Below, piece after piece: positions 61,894 through 64,000 of a stretch of DNA of 64,000 nucleotides. Numbering within the stretch: position 1 is the stretch's first letter; each line of letters begins with the position of its first letter. Location of the stretch: NCBI GenBank assembly GCA_000182565.2, contig KQ257456.1. One strand, given 5' to 3'. The position numbers and the translations under genes are program-made. Below the pieces are notes generated by a model. The model saw only the letters and a list, made by a program, of their open reading frames with translations, was not told the origin of the DNA and ran no database searches. Source of the DNA: Spizellomyces punctatus DAOM BR117. Lineage: Eukaryota.

Positions 61894-63333
61894 ATGTCCG
61901 AGGATCCAACTTCAAAAATCTTTTCTAGTCTGTCAGAGGATGAACGAAATAATCTGGTAATTGATACACCCTTATTCCTACACATTAACTATGTTGCCGA
62001 GCTTTCGCTCCGGGAATGGCCAAGTTGGAGAGATGGGCTATATTTTGACCATCCCATATATATGAGTGAATAATTTGGGCACGGTTGACCCTTCGGATTT
62101 GACGTCGGTGAATCTGTCCCTTCGAGTATCTGACTTCTTTGGACAAATATTTGCCGAATATTAGGGCCGTCTGGCATTCGAAGATCTCCTCTCCGAATGT
62201 GTTCAGGAGCTTGCTTTTGAGATACACAGGGAAGAAACGAGAAAGAAGGCAGTTTGCCAAGTATGTCACACAAGGCAAGTTGATATTCATCCTCAAGATA
62301 TTACAACGATTTTCCCTGCAGCCAAGTTCTGATGTACACATTACAATGCTGATCTACAGATGTCTTGCATATGGTACGACGGGCTTTTGTTCTCTGGATT
62401 TTGACAGCATCCCATTTTACCCGACGAGACCCTTTCTGACTATCCATTTTTTAATCCTCCGCAGCTTCCCCTGGTCCTGGTAGTGACATATATGGACTCC
62501 CTTTGGGGGATAAGAATGCGGTCACGGACAAATTCAAATGTTATAAGTGCAATAACTGGTACCCTGCGCAGCGATATGCTCCCCATCTAGAGAAATGCCT
62601 TGGCTTTGGAGGTCGTACCAACTCGCGGTCGTCTAGCCGAAGGTATGATGATGATGGCGGCTTCAGATCTCATCAAATGACTCCAATTAACTTTGCTTGC
62701 GGCGCGTCTGCTCTCGTAGACCGGGTACTGAGCGTGCGTCGGCATCCCCGTTTGGGGCGGATTCCGACACCGAATCGGGTACCGTGAACGGCGAGAAAAG
62801 AGGCGTCAAACGCAAAGAATCACCTTTGAGAAAATCACTTGGAAAGAGAATGAAATTATGTATGAAGGCGCTACTCGTTTTTTGCTTACGACTAGGCTCG
62901 CTCTATAGTGACTCTTCTTTCTGTATAGCTGCAACGGACTTCCCTGGCCGCATTTCAGTGGTAAGGCACCGTTCATGCGATTCTTGGGAGCTACAAATTC
63001 CCTTATTTCTTGTCTCTCGTCTAGCCAACGCGTGAGCCGGTCAACTCGTCCCCATTAAGATCTTCCTCACCAATTCGTGAGACATCACCCGATGTGTCAC
63101 CGTCCCTAATTGGTATGTTTGCGAATAAAACGATGCCTACTATACCGCTTGTAGAGGACTTCATTGGTAAGTATATGTTGCGGATCATATTCTGGTCAAT
63201 GCAAAATGAATGGCATTTGCTCTTGTCCTGATTCTCTGCACTCACTGGCTGCCTCTTCTAAACTCTGTCTCAAGATATCGATGGTGATGCTGACGCATTG
63301 GGTAGTGAGGAGGATGATCTATCTCATGACTAG
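61894..63333 (+). CDS. SGF11: SAGA deubiquitination module subunit Sgf11 (ATXN7L3-like)
   Basis: FEDLLSECVQELAFEIHREE, CQVCHTRC, zinc finger FKCYKCNNWYPAQRYAPHLEKCLGFGGR. Confidence 0.85.
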
Positions 63334-63583
63334 GTACAGTTTGTCGTTGCCTGACAAACGATTGCAACCGGGCACTCCATGCACTGTTATTGGCGTGACG
63401 TGGTTATGTTATCAGAAGGTGATGAGTGGGGAGTTGAAAGGAGGAGTTAGCTATGTATTTATTATCGGCTCAAGCTCTGTACATAAATCAAATGATGTCA
63501 TGTTTTCAAACGCCGCGACAGGACTGCAGTCTAGTATATCCATAATGTTCATGTGGGTGCGATCTAGGATGTACTAAATAACC

Positions 63584-64000
63584 TCAACCAGCTACTGCTG
63601 GCAGCTTCGCGGCGGCCAAAAGATCGGCCACCAACTCTATCATCACAGCTCCACTCCAGGCCTGCGTAGGACAACTTCCTCCGCAGAATCCACCATTTTC
63701 GTTGGTCAGCTCGGGTAGTCCCGCATATGGGCTTTGCGTACTGTCGAGGATGTGATGCTTGTGGCGGAGGAGTACACGCTGAATATAGGCGTACACAGAG
63801 TCGACCTAAATAGCAACACCTTGAGCACTAATGAAGTCAAGAGTGCCCTCTTGATATCGACAGCCCACCTTGCTTGGATCATGTCCAGGTGCTTTGGTAT
63901 GGAAGTACAGATACGCACGAAGGAAGAATCCTAACGGATACACCCATTCCTGAAATGCACCCATGAGTGCGCAATCCTCATCCGGCCGTTCTCTGATACA
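63584..64000 (-). CDS. GDB1: Glycogen debranching enzyme, C-terminal end (partial)
   Basis: EWVYPLGFFLRAYL and SPYAGLPELTNENGGFCGGSCPTQAWS. Confidence 0.9.

Noticed and set aside
1-64000. CRISPR arrays, rRNA, intact transposase or reverse transcriptase genes, AT-AC introns, TGA-CTA readthrough signals
   Set aside because: None seen in the junctions and stop codons I inspected; not every intron was checked.

Overview
Gene-dense eukaryotic DNA with many short (~50-70 nt) GT-AG introns and three assembly gaps (N runs near 17.9, 26.2-26.9 and 28.4-28.7 kb). Fungal-type housekeeping genes sit beside an intact axonemal gene (CFAP44), which points to a flagellated, chytrid-like fungus. I can support about 25 protein genes: TRZ1, TMEM115, PFDN6, HIR1, TMA7, mitochondrial uL15, APC2, a T5orf172 protein, a kinesin-10, an SDR-like enzyme, ornithine aminotransferase, a bZIP, two F-box/LRR proteins, DENND6, an amino-acid transporter, a C2H2 factor, RPS1, CFAP44, a class-IV aminotransferase-like protein, a LisH-WD40 protein, SGF11 and the end of GDB1. 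There is also one tRNA-Ser(CGA). No CRISPR array or intact mobile element was seen. The least explained signal is non-coding: several outsized introns in conserved genes carry hand-detectable RNA helices. The strongest is a ~293-nt multi-domain fold in the 403-nt first intron of the tRNase Z gene, with twin repeated hairpins, interchangeable helices and an 8-nt segment complementary to that intron's own 5' splice site. All exon models and RNA pairings were read by eye; no folding or database search was run.
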